In this document: positions 56,646 through 64,000 of the stretch, piece by piece
Layout: each line of letters opens with the position of its first letter
Position numbering within the stretch: the stretch's first letter is position 1
Source: a virus
Virus record (IMG/VR): IMGVR_UViG_3300038620_000091
Length of the DNA: 64,000 nucleotides
Reading direction: 5' to 3' (one strand)
Made by a program: the position numbers and the translations under genes
Notes under the pieces: generated by a model
Told to the model about the DNA's origin: nothing
Seen by the model: the letters and a program-made list of their open reading frames with translations, nothing else
The model's database searches: none

Positions 56646-56894
56646 ATGCTGATTATTCTTAACAGACAAGACCCCCCGGCATATATGCCGGATGCCGAAG
56701 ACAACCCCGAGTTCAAAGAAAAAGACCTGCTCTTTCGAGAAACCAAAAAAGAGAAGTTTTTCACGTTATATAAGTGGGAACAAAACGTTGCGTCTTTTGT
56801 ATCTTTAGTGATATATAACTGGCTAACTCAAGATTCTACTTCGGGGAGCAGAGCAAGACGAAGAACCCGGAAGGAAATAAAAGACCACATTTGA
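56646..56894 (+). CDS. small hypothetical protein
   Basis: MLIILNRQ... Confidence 0.5.
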   Translation: MLIILNRQDPPAYMPDAEDNPEFKEKDLLFRETKKEKFFTLYKWEQNVASFVSLVIYNWLTQDSTSGSRARRRTRKEIKDHI

Positions 56895-56907
56895 ACGGGC
56901 AAGTATC

Positions 56908-57150
56908 ATGATCGTTATAACGAAAGAAGCTTTCCGAAACCCATATTCTGTTTCGGTCGTGAAGAAAGACCTTATTATATTTGATACCCAAGCGTTTCCT
57001 TCTTTTAGATTTAAATATTATACAAAAGAGGGGTCAGAAGAAGGAAAATGGACGGAAAATTTTCAAAACGATATCGAACTTATATTGTATTTGAAGAAAT
57101 TGTTACAAAATGAAAAGAGACGTGGTGAAAAGAAAAAGAAATCAGCTTGA
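56908..57150 (+). CDS. small hypothetical protein
   Basis: MIVITKE... Confidence 0.45.
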   Translation: MIVITKEAFRNPYSVSVVKKDLIIFDTQAFPSFRFKYYTKEGSEEGKWTENFQNDIELILYLKKLLQNEKRRGEKKKKSA

Positions 57151-57496
57151 TCAGAAACTTCGGTCCAGAAAAGATTTTCTTTACGTTAGCGAAACCGGAG
57201 ACTTCTTAGCGGTTTACGAAACAGACACTTATGAATATCACTCCCTTTTTCTTCACCAAAAAAGAAAGTATGTTTTCCAGTCTACGTCGCCAAAATACTT
57301 CTGGTACGCCAAAAAGAAGTACAACGTGTCTGGAAGAAAAGAAGCAAAAGACCTTTACGACGGGATCTGTTCTGTACGTGGAGACGTGAAGTGGAAGGAA
57401 AAGACTGTTGACGTTAAAGAAGAGCACTTTACCGGATGGAACCGCGTTTCACACAATCTTTTGAAACCTGTCCGGTGGATACGGCGTGTAATGTAG
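57110..57496 (+). CDS. hypothetical protein
   Basis: ORF. Confidence 0.5.
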   Translation: MKRDVVKRKRNQLDQKLRSRKDFLYVSETGDFLAVYETDTYEYHSLFLHQKRKYVFQSTSPKYFWYAKKKYNVSGRKEAKDLYDGICSVRGDVKWKEKTVDVKEEHFTGWNRVSHNLLKPVRWIRRVM

Positions 57497-57631
57497 TGAA
57501 GTTAAGACAGGAAACCCTTCACCAAAGGCAAAAAGCCTGCTATGGTTATTGAAAGCGAGATTGAAGTCCCCCACCGCTTTTTTTAAGATGTGCGACGTTA
57601 AAGCTAAATTCCATAAAAACAGGCAGTAGCT

Positions 57632-57877
57632 ATGAATAGTAAAAAGCCGGGAACGAAAGTTTACGAAGCGTGGTGGTGGACAAACCCACCTCAAGACAGA
57701 GACGATGATCTTGCGTCAGCTAAAAAGACGTGTGCTAAAGAGCGCAGTAGCTTTAAAGAGTCCAAACAGGATATTCTTAACGAGGACCCGGAACACGGGG
57801 CGTTTATTGACGTTTACGAAATTGACGAGTTTGGAAACTACGAGTGGATCGATTGCATCGATGATCCGCGCTGCTAG
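57632..57877 (+). CDS. hypothetical protein
   Basis: ORF. Confidence 0.55.
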   Translation: MNSKKPGTKVYEAWWWTNPPQDRDDDLASAKKTCAKERSSFKESKQDILNEDPEHGAFIDVYEIDEFGNYEWIDCIDDPRC

Positions 57878-57911
57878 CCAAACAACCTTCAAATAAAACA
57901 AAAACAAAGAA

Positions 57912-58070
57912 ATGCTTTATCCACGTGGAACCACATACCTTTTTGTCGTTACTCTTTACCCGTGGGAAGATGAACGCGGAAACTTGAGGGAACTTGAGTT
58001 TACCGTTAACCCACTTGAATCGTTTGCGGTTCTTATCACGCTTGGGATTTTGCTTATGTTTCTTTTCTAA
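57912..58070 (+). CDS. small membrane protein (below ORF-track cutoff)
   Basis: 52 aa ending FAVLITLGILLMFLF; A-rich leader. Confidence 0.45.
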   Translation: MLYPRGTTYLFVVTLYPWEDERGNLRELEFTVNPLESFAVLITLGILLMFLF

Positions 58071-58073
58071 TCT

Positions 58074-58128
58074 GTTCACACAACCTTCACAGAAAGGCCG
58101 GGAACCAACCCCGGCTTTTCTTATTTGA
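58074..58128 (+). promoter_or_regulatory. repeat plus GGAAC-N16-TATTTGA promoter
   Basis: GTTCAC 58074 and CTTCAC 58085; GGAAC 58101; overlapping hairpin. Confidence 0.55.
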
Positions 58129-58178
58129 TGTAGTGCTTTGGCAAGGAAGACTTTTTCACCAAACACTTTGAGGCCGAT

Positions 58179-58523
58179 ATGAAAGGCTTGACTTCTTCCC
58201 CGAAAGACTACCTCCCGCAAGAAGGAGATTACATTCTTCCCGATTCGTGGGAAGAGCAGCACGGGCCGGGTGCAGGCGGCTTGATTTCCGATTGCACCAA
58301 TTGGAAAGAAGCTGAGTTTCGGCTCGACACCGGAAGGAAACACCCGCAGTACAATGACGGGCGAAACCTTAAAGTGGCCGTGAACGTCGAAGTTACGGGT
58401 CGCACGTGGCGTCGTAAAGGCTCTGAGTATGGCTATTGCCGAGTGAAAGTCACCTTCGTTCGGGACGGAAAGGAAAACACGTCCGTTCGGGGATGGATGT
58501 ATCCGCACAATCTTCTTAGCTAA
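58179..58523 (+). CDS. hypothetical early protein
   Basis: Downstream of a conserved promoter motif; visibly higher GC. Confidence 0.6.
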   Translation: MKGLTSSPKDYLPQEGDYILPDSWEEQHGPGAGGLISDCTNWKEAEFRLDTGRKHPQYNDGRNLKVAVNVEVTGRTWRRKGSEYGYCRVKVTFVRDGKENTSVRGWMYPHNLLS

Positions 58524-58536
58524 ATATTTCCAAGTC

Positions 58537-58737
58537 ATGCACGTTCTTTTAACCTACGAAGAACTTTCCGATCACGAAAAAGAGCTTGAAGATTTGTATA
58601 GGAACGTTGAAGGCACTACATTTTTGGTTTGGGAGCGGGGAATTGGCGAAAAAGACAGAACACACGTCACAAAGATAAGCCCCCCATTTCACCGTTTTGA
58701 AAATTTTCCGTTCCCTCTTGAACACTTCGTCTCTTAA
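58537..58737 (+). CDS. small hypothetical protein
   Basis: ORF. Confidence 0.5.
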   Translation: MHVLLTYEELSDHEKELEDLYRNVEGTTFLVWERGIGEKDRTHVTKISPPFHRFENFPFPLEHFVS

Positions 58738-58786
58738 CAAACGCTTCACGTCCGGTTGGAAACTAGCTTGGCTGTTTTCCATTTAA
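58733..58786 (+). promoter_or_regulatory. repeat plus GAAAC-N16-CATTTAA promoter
   Basis: CTTAAC 58733 and CTTCAC 58744; GAAAC 58759. Confidence 0.55.
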
Positions 58787-58824
58787 CTTGTTGCGTTATC
58801 AAAGGAACTGACCCAACAGAGAAA

Positions 58825-59067
58825 ATGAAAAGCAAGTTTATCGACCACCACGTTAGTCACCACTTAACCCCACAAAAAAGCGGAGAGCCAAGATCGTTTG
58901 TGCGTCGGGAATTTGATCACGGCGTTGTTTGGTTTTTTAGCCCCCCGTTTGAAAACTCCGAGCTTGACCGCGTTTCGGACCTTAGTTTTGCGGAAAATCT
59001 TGAAACGGAATTTGCAAACGAGTTTGGCGTTGAAGAAAAGAAGGTCTTGACTCCACAAAACTTCTAA
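58825..59067 (+). CDS. hypothetical protein
   Basis: Likely start MKSKFID. Confidence 0.5.
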   Translation: MKSKFIDHHVSHHLTPQKSGEPRSFVRREFDHGVVWFFSPPFENSELDRVSDLSFAENLETEFANEFGVEEKKVLTPQNF

Positions 59068-59112
59068 TCTAATAACTCTCTAAACCAACGAAACCAAAAC
59101 AAAAAATCTACT

Positions 59113-59418
59113 ATGAACATCACAAGCGTTAAAGGAAATTGGGTACGAGGCACCGTGACAATCGATAGTGTACCGTTTGCCTTTTCTGCGAAGGTGTACC
59201 CGGAGCCAAGTGAAGACTTTGCAATCACCGATCTTGGCGCAGAAGGCCACGTTAGCAAACTTGACGTGACCAACGAGCGAGAAGAAAGGATTGTTATGCG
59301 ATACGATAGGGGGTGGAGTTTTAACCTCATTCCCCACACCGGACGTGAGATTCTGTCTCAAATTGAAAGTGAAGAAGTCATTTCAGCAGTTTCAAAAAAT
59401 CTTCAAACGGATCGTTGA
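59113..59418 (+). CDS. conserved mobile-element hypothetical protein
   Basis: W..G...F.AKVY.EPS..F.I...VSKL...YDRGW motif. Confidence 0.65.
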   Translation: MNITSVKGNWVRGTVTIDSVPFAFSAKVYPEPSEDFAITDLGAEGHVSKLDVTNEREERIVMRYDRGWSFNLIPHTGREILSQIESEEVISAVSKNLQTDR

Positions 59419-59490
59419 AACAAACGTGCCTAACGGACATTAAAGCTACTGCATTAAGGAAAGAGACCTTTTACCAACAAAGAAAGCGTC

Positions 59491-59964
59491 ATGCCTGCTA
59501 CTGCCGACACTTCCCCGGAAAAGACCTATTGGAACCGGGAAGCGGATCTGTTCGACCTTTACTCGAAGTATTACGACGCCTTGGTTCCGTCTACCGGACC
59601 TGCAAGCACAGAGGAAGGCGAGCTTCTTCGGTCGATTTCGAATCTTACATACGACCACTACAACAACGGTTCGTGCAACGCCCGGACGGACATGGCAAGT
59701 GAGCTTGTTCGCCTTAGCGAAGATCATCTTTCCGAAAAGGCCACTGACCTTGCGGAAATGATGTACTACAATCTCCGGGCGGTCGAGCGAAAGGATTATG
59801 TTTCCTACTTCGAAGATGAACACAACTCGAAGCAACAGGCGCGGTTTGAACGAGCCTTGGTGAAAATTGCCGACGAGATTGTAGGTATGGTGTTTACCCG
59901 GCTCCAGATGGGCGCTCTAAGCCCGAAGGAAGGGCTTGAAGAAGGCGTTTTCACTTCTAAGTAG
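59491..59964 (+). CDS. conserved phage hypothetical protein
   Basis: TYWN...LVP..G...T.EGELLR....L.YD.YNNG. Confidence 0.65.
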   Translation: MPATADTSPEKTYWNREADLFDLYSKYYDALVPSTGPASTEEGELLRSISNLTYDHYNNGSCNARTDMASELVRLSEDHLSEKATDLAEMMYYNLRAVERKDYVSYFEDEHNSKQQARFERALVKIADEIVGMVFTRLQMGALSPKEGLEEGVFTSK

Positions 59965-60003
59965 CATCACCTTTCTTTCTAATCAAAACCGCTTAAAACC
60001 GCT

Positions 60004-60246
60004 ATGGATAACGTCAAAAAGCAGTACCGCGTTTACAAGCTTCGGGAACGGCGCGTGGACGGGGAATGCCATTCGGTACTTAACGTTCGCCAAATCGGTA
60101 CGTACGGGCGAAAGAGGCAAACGTACGATGATTTCGACACCGAAGAAGAAGCGGTAAAGTTCGGTGCCGAAAAGTACGGGTATTCGCGGTTTACCGTTCT
60201 TCCCGTCTATCACGAAATGGACGAATGGGAACGTGAAGAAGAGTAA
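60004..60246 (+). CDS. hypothetical protein
   Basis: FDTEEEA motif. Confidence 0.55.
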   Translation: MDNVKKQYRVYKLRERRVDGECHSVLNVRQIGTYGRKRQTYDDFDTEEEAVKFGAEKYGYSRFTVLPVYHEMDEWEREEE

Positions 60247-60253
60247 CTAGCTT

Positions 60254-60308
60254 CTTAACAAACGCTTCAAACAAAGGGCCGGAACCAACCCGGCCCTTTG
60301 TCATTTAA
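60254..60308 (+). promoter_or_regulatory. repeat plus GGAAC-N16-CATTTAA promoter / hairpin
   Basis: CTTAAC 60254 and CTTCAA 60265; GGAAC 60281 inside an aaagggccgg/ccggcccttt stem. Confidence 0.55.
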
Positions 60309-60358
60309 CGTAGTGGATTAAGAAGGGAAGTTCCTTGAACAAAAAACGCCAAAGACCG

Positions 60359-60517
60359 ATGGATGATTTTCTGTCTACCGAAAGCCTTGAAGCCGCTGAC
60401 CGCTTCCGTTACGGATTCTTCGAAGACCTTGAAGAAGAGATCGAAGAAGAATCGTTCCCGGAAGAGGACGAAGCGGAAAACCGCAAGCACAAATCCTTTC
60501 TTGCAAACTACTACTAA
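60359..60517 (+). CDS. small highly acidic protein
   Basis: MDDFLSTE...EDLEEEIEEE; directly after a promoter motif. Confidence 0.5.
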   Translation: MDDFLSTESLEAADRFRYGFFEDLEEEIEEESFPEEDEAENRKHKSFLANYY

Positions 60518-60528
60518 GAGGCAAACCA

Positions 60529-60771
60529 ATGGAATACTCCCAAGTAGTAGAAAAGTACGGCGAAGTTGAACTTGAATTTTCATCTTACTACAAGTATTCG
60601 TTCACCTACGTTGGGGAAACCGAAGAAGGTGAAAAGGTAAAGGCCGTTGCAGGTGGAAATAAAAATTCCATCTACAGGCAAGAGTTTAACGCCGAAGAAA
60701 CGGTTCAGTCTTTGCCTTTTACCCGGTTTGAAGTGAATGGAGAAGAAGTGTACCGGGAAGTCCGGTGGTAA
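60529..60771 (+). CDS. hypothetical protein
   Basis: FSSYYKYSFTY.G motif. Confidence 0.6.
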   Translation: MEYSQVVEKYGEVELEFSSYYKYSFTYVGETEEGEKVKAVAGGNKNSIYRQEFNAEETVQSLPFTRFEVNGEEVYREVRW

Positions 60772-60793
60772 AAAATCAAATTAAGAAGAAATC

Positions 60794-61108
60794 ATGAAAT
60801 ACTGCCAATCTTGTAAGCATTGGAACCCAACAGATACGTTAATCACACATGGCACGTGTGATCGGCTTGGAAATCAAGTCATGTCGGAAAAAGATATCGT
60901 GTCTGTTGGGGATTTTCGGAAAAAGGACATGGATTTTGAAGGAGAAGACCGACTTCTTTCCCAAGTGGGCTTTCGCCTAACCGAAGATAACCTCAACGAT
61001 CCGATTTACGCTTCTATTATGGTACGCACACCGTTTTCTGTAACCAACGATAGCGTCGGGCCGTTTGACGTTGTTGACGTTGGAGCTTTTGTTGGCGTGA
61101 GCTTCTAA
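60794..61108 (+). CDS. hypothetical Cys-containing protein
   Basis: CQSCKHW...GTC. Confidence 0.5.
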   Translation: MKYCQSCKHWNPTDTLITHGTCDRLGNQVMSEKDIVSVGDFRKKDMDFEGEDRLLSQVGFRLTEDNLNDPIYASIMVRTPFSVTNDSVGPFDVVDVGAFVGVSF

Positions 61109-61128
61109 TTAGTCAAAACAGATTGGCT

Positions 61129-61201
61129 ACCCATGTAGCTCAACCGGAAGAGCGTCGGATTCCTAATCCGAAGGTTGCAGGTTCGAGTCCTGCCTTGGGT
61201 A
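61129..61201 (+). tRNA. tRNA-Arg (anticodon CCT)
   Basis: Acceptor ACCCATG/CTTGGGT with one mismatch; D-arm GCTC/GAGC; anticodon stem TCGGA/TCCGA with loop TTCCTAA; T-arm GCAGG-TTCGAGT-CCTGC; no encoded CCA. Confidence 0.93.
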
Positions 61202-61293
61202 CTCACTTACTTTTTTAAGAACGAAGGGAAGACTTGAAAACAGGTCTTCCCTTTTTTATTTTTGCCCTATATATACACAAAAAGATGTGTAAT

Positions 61294-61971
61294 ATGAAGA
61301 ACATTTTTAAAAAGGCAGCTTCGTTTTTCAAATCTGAAAATCAAGATAAACCGTCACCTTCCTTTGAGCCTTCCGTTGTGGAGCCTCCAGAGGTTAAGGT
61401 AGGCGTAAAAGAAGAAGACCCGACAGACGTAGAATATGAGCCTCAAGAAAAGCGTTGGGTCCGTCCAAAGCCCCAAGACCATCTTACAAGGCACTTTCGG
61501 TATCGAGAAATGATTCACTCCAATACCGCAAAGCGTCTTGGGATTGACAATACCCCACCAAAGAAGCACGTGGACAACTTTCGAAAGCTTCTTCAAAACG
61601 TTATGGAGCCTGTTCGAACTCACTTCGGTAAACCCGTTATCGTGACAAGCGGGTATCGCTCATTGAAACTTAACCGGGCTATTGGTTCCCATGACAATTC
61701 ACAACACACCACAGGCCAAGCAATCGACTTTCAAGTTTCAAATGAAAGTTTGTCTACCGTTTACGAATGGATTGTTGTAGAGAGTGGTCTTCCGTATGAC
61801 CAAATCATTTACGAGTTTGGGGAGTCCGGGTGGATTCACGTGTCTCACGTTCAAGACAGGCAGAACCGAAACGAAAACTTGTCTGCATACAAAAACCGAA
61901 ACGGACAAACCGAATACGCGGCTTGGAGCAAAACCCAAGTCCAAAATCAAGAATACTTAAAACATTACTAG
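61294..61971 (+). CDS. endolysin, peptidase M15 family
   Basis: SGYRS..LN..IG....SQH..GQAID...WIHVS zinc-peptidase motifs; late promoter-like motif upstream. Confidence 0.85.
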   Translation: MKNIFKKAASFFKSENQDKPSPSFEPSVVEPPEVKVGVKEEDPTDVEYEPQEKRWVRPKPQDHLTRHFRYREMIHSNTAKRLGIDNTPPKKHVDNFRKLLQNVMEPVRTHFGKPVIVTSGYRSLKLNRAIGSHDNSQHTTGQAIDFQVSNESLSTVYEWIVVESGLPYDQIIYEFGESGWIHVSHVQDRQNRNENLSAYKNRNGQTEYAAWSKTQVQNQEYLKHY

Positions 61972-61978
61972 CGGCCAA

Positions 61979-62419
61979 GTGATAAAGCTGAACGACTTAC
62001 TTACGGAAATTTTTGATGAACAATATGAATGGAAATATAACACTAAGAATATAAACAGACGTGGAGATACTGTACAGGTAGACGTAAAGGCTAGCTTCGA
62101 AACAAATGAAAACAATTATTTCGTTGTATTTGATAACAATGGAAGAGAGTATGTTGACATAAACTTTGCAGTTCGTGGTGGAAGCTGGCTTGAACTTACA
62201 GGTGAAGATAAAGCAACAAAGGTGGTTTCAACTGTTTTTGATATAGCGCAGGACCTTTGGAAGACCGAGCTTTCAGATTATCCGTATCTTAAAGGATACG
62301 CCTACGATGGGTCTACAGCAAAAAGAGAAAGAATATACAGAAAAGCTATTCGTTCAAAGTTTCAAAACGTGAGTTTTGGAAAAGACGATGCGGGATTTGT
62401 TACTGTTGAATTTAAATAA
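61979..62419 (+). CDS. putative virion protein with short leader
   Basis: Starts MIKLNDLLTE; contains a KR.RIY motif. Confidence 0.6.
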   Translation: MIKLNDLLTEIFDEQYEWKYNTKNINRRGDTVQVDVKASFETNENNYFVVFDNNGREYVDINFAVRGGSWLELTGEDKATKVVSTVFDIAQDLWKTELSDYPYLKGYAYDGSTAKRERIYRKAIRSKFQNVSFGKDDAGFVTVEFK

Positions 62420-62440
62420 ACACTAAATCCTATATAAACT

Positions 62441-62929
62441 ATGGTTACACAAATTGTTGCATTTGACGAAGACCGGGGCATTGGAAAAACCGGACACGGG
62501 ATTCCGTGGAGCTACCCGAAAGACCTATCTTGGTTTCGGTTTCACACGACTGGGGGCAGGTGCGCTGTTGGCAGAAAAACATTTGAAAACATGGGTGCTC
62601 TTCCGAATCGCTCGTTTTTCGTTTTAACTCGAAATCCAAGGTCAAAGTCCAATAAAAACGAAAACGTTCGTTACCTCACTTTAGAGCAGCTAAGGTCTCT
62701 CTCCGACCGATATCACAATCTTTACATCTGCGGTGGATCATCTATTTATAGACAGACGGTAGACCGTCTCACGGATCAAATCATCGTTACACGAATTCCC
62801 GGAACGCACGGCTGCGACGTTTTCTACCCGGAGATCCCCGGTAGATTTCAAAAGCAGGCGACGTTTGAAACGCAAGCGCAAGACGGAACCGGAACATTAA
62901 CCTTTGAAAAGTGGATTGACAAAACGTAA
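62441..62929 (+). CDS. folA: dihydrofolate reductase
   Basis: IVA....GIG...IPW..P.DL.WF...T, GRKTFE...LPNR, GG..IY, D.FYP. Confidence 0.93.
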   Translation: MVTQIVAFDEDRGIGKTGHGIPWSYPKDLSWFRFHTTGGRCAVGRKTFENMGALPNRSFFVLTRNPRSKSNKNENVRYLTLEQLRSLSDRYHNLYICGGSSIYRQTVDRLTDQIIVTRIPGTHGCDVFYPEIPGRFQKQATFETQAQDGTGTLTFEKWIDKT

Positions 62930-63639
62930 TGGCAATTGTATCTAGAGTATCGCGGTCACAACCAAATGAAGACTTGGAAGGGTTTGAACTTCTTCCGTCT
63001 GATTTTGGGCAGATCAAAGATATTATTGACGTTGACACCGATCCGGGAAACAACAACGAATACCAAGTAACTGTTCAGCCCGGAAATTATAGCGGTATTA
63101 CCGGAATCAACGTCCCAAGTTATGTTAACGTTGTTGTTCTTCCGGGAGCAGAGTTTGACGACGGAGCGTTTACCGGATCTACCGAAAACGTGGTGGATCT
63201 AAACAAACTTGCAGGCTCGAACTTCTCTCTTCCAGACGATCTAACAGTTAACGGAAATTTAACCGTTCAAAACAACACATCGAGTAACGAATCCACTTTT
63301 GAAAAAAATCTTCGGGTAAAAGAGACGTTAACTGTTGACGACAACATCACATGTAATTCTCTTACCGAACTTTCAAGAAGAGACTTAAAGAAAGATATAA
63401 GTCCGCTTAACGGAGAACTTAAAAAGATTCGAAATTTAAACCCGGTAAATTTTACATGGAAAGAAAATGGGGAGAAAAGTAAAGGTCTTATTGCCGAAGA
63501 AGTCAACGACGTGTACCCGGAATTTGTGACCAAAGATGAAGATGGAAACCCCCTAGGCGTCCAGTACTCAAAACTTACATCCGTTCTTATAGAGGCGGTT
63601 CAAGAGCTAGATAAAAAGTTGCAACAGGTTACTTCATAG
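62929..63639 (+). CDS. short fibre-like protein with C-terminal intramolecular chaperone (peptidase S74)
   Basis: S...LKKDI...L.PV.F.WK...GLIAEEV..VYPE.V...V.Y..L...LIEAVQEL. Confidence 0.8.
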   Translation: MAIVSRVSRSQPNEDLEGFELLPSDFGQIKDIIDVDTDPGNNNEYQVTVQPGNYSGITGINVPSYVNVVVLPGAEFDDGAFTGSTENVVDLNKLAGSNFSLPDDLTVNGNLTVQNNTSSNESTFEKNLRVKETLTVDDNITCNSLTELSRRDLKKDISPLNGELKKIRNLNPVNFTWKENGEKSKGLIAEEVNDVYPEFVTKDEDGNPLGVQYSKLTSVLIEAVQELDKKLQQVTS

Positions 63640-63705
63640 TTTCTATATATAATCAGAAGTCAAGCAAAGTCTACACTAAGAATACCACACATAAAGAAAA
63701 GATAA

Positions 63706-64000
63706 ATGGCAAGACTTAATTCAAGTGTAATTTCCAACGATCCGGATAACGAACCAGAAGTTGGTCAACCCGGTCGCGTGGATGAAAACAACGAAAATAT
63801 TGCTCTTCTTTTAAAACAAGACATTTCTTCGGGTCAAATTGAAGTTATGAGAACAACGTCTGACTCCGGAGCTTTTCCGGGATCAAGTGATGGTTCTGTT
63901 CTTATTGGAAATGGATCAAACTTCCCTTCAGGTACGCCCGGAACCCCAAGAGAAAAAGTTGACGTTGAAGGCGCGGTTCGAGCGTTTGACTTCGTTTTAG
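63706..64000 (+). CDS. probable tail-fibre/structural protein (partial, runs off the window)
   Basis: Open frame from ATG 63706 (MARLNSS...IG...P.EKVDVEGAVRA); late promoter-like motif at 63643. Confidence 0.55.
   Translation, partial: MARLNSSVISNDPDNEPEVGQPGRVDENNENIALLLKQDISSGQIEVMRTTSDSGAFPGSSDGSVLIGNGSNFPSGTPGTPREKVDVEGAVRAFDFVL

Noticed and set aside
1-64000. Apparent excess of CCGG tetramers
   Set aside because: Visual impression only; it may follow from CCG/CGG/GGA codon use and needs a Markov-corrected k-mer count.

Overview
A 64-kb segment of a large contractile-tailed dsDNA phage with T4-like gene families. Nearly all genes lie on the + strand, the proteome is acidic and the translation starts are AT-rich without Shine-Dalgarno sites, which suggests a salt-adapted Bacteroidota/Rhodothermota-type host (inference). 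Gene order: (1) end of the tail sheath and the tail tube, embedded in an array of about 15 small ORFs sharing a conserved ~21-aa leader (MKLSxRKLxRIIREExxxxL/M/I/V-x-E) fused to unrelated cargo domains. (2) Tail chaperone with a -1 frameshift, tape measure and baseplate genes. (3) Replication and recombination module: degenerate PolA, SSB, RecA, RNase H, helicase, class II RNR, DNA MTase, a family-B polymerase split in two, clamp and clamp loaders. (4) Nucleotide-metabolism and accessory genes. (5) A nonulosonic (sialic) acid synthesis and transfer cluster with three GT29-like sialyltransferases. (6) An intein-containing putative virion protein, thyA, early accessory genes, tRNA-Arg, endolysin, DHFR and fibre genes. 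The three most striking observations are the leader-plus-cargo cassette array (a candidate capsid-loading and injected-effector system), the split PolB whose halves end and begin with a catalytically stripped split-intein remnant (a candidate non-splicing clasp), and the phage-encoded sialylation pathway. All calls come from visual motif recognition; no database searches were run.
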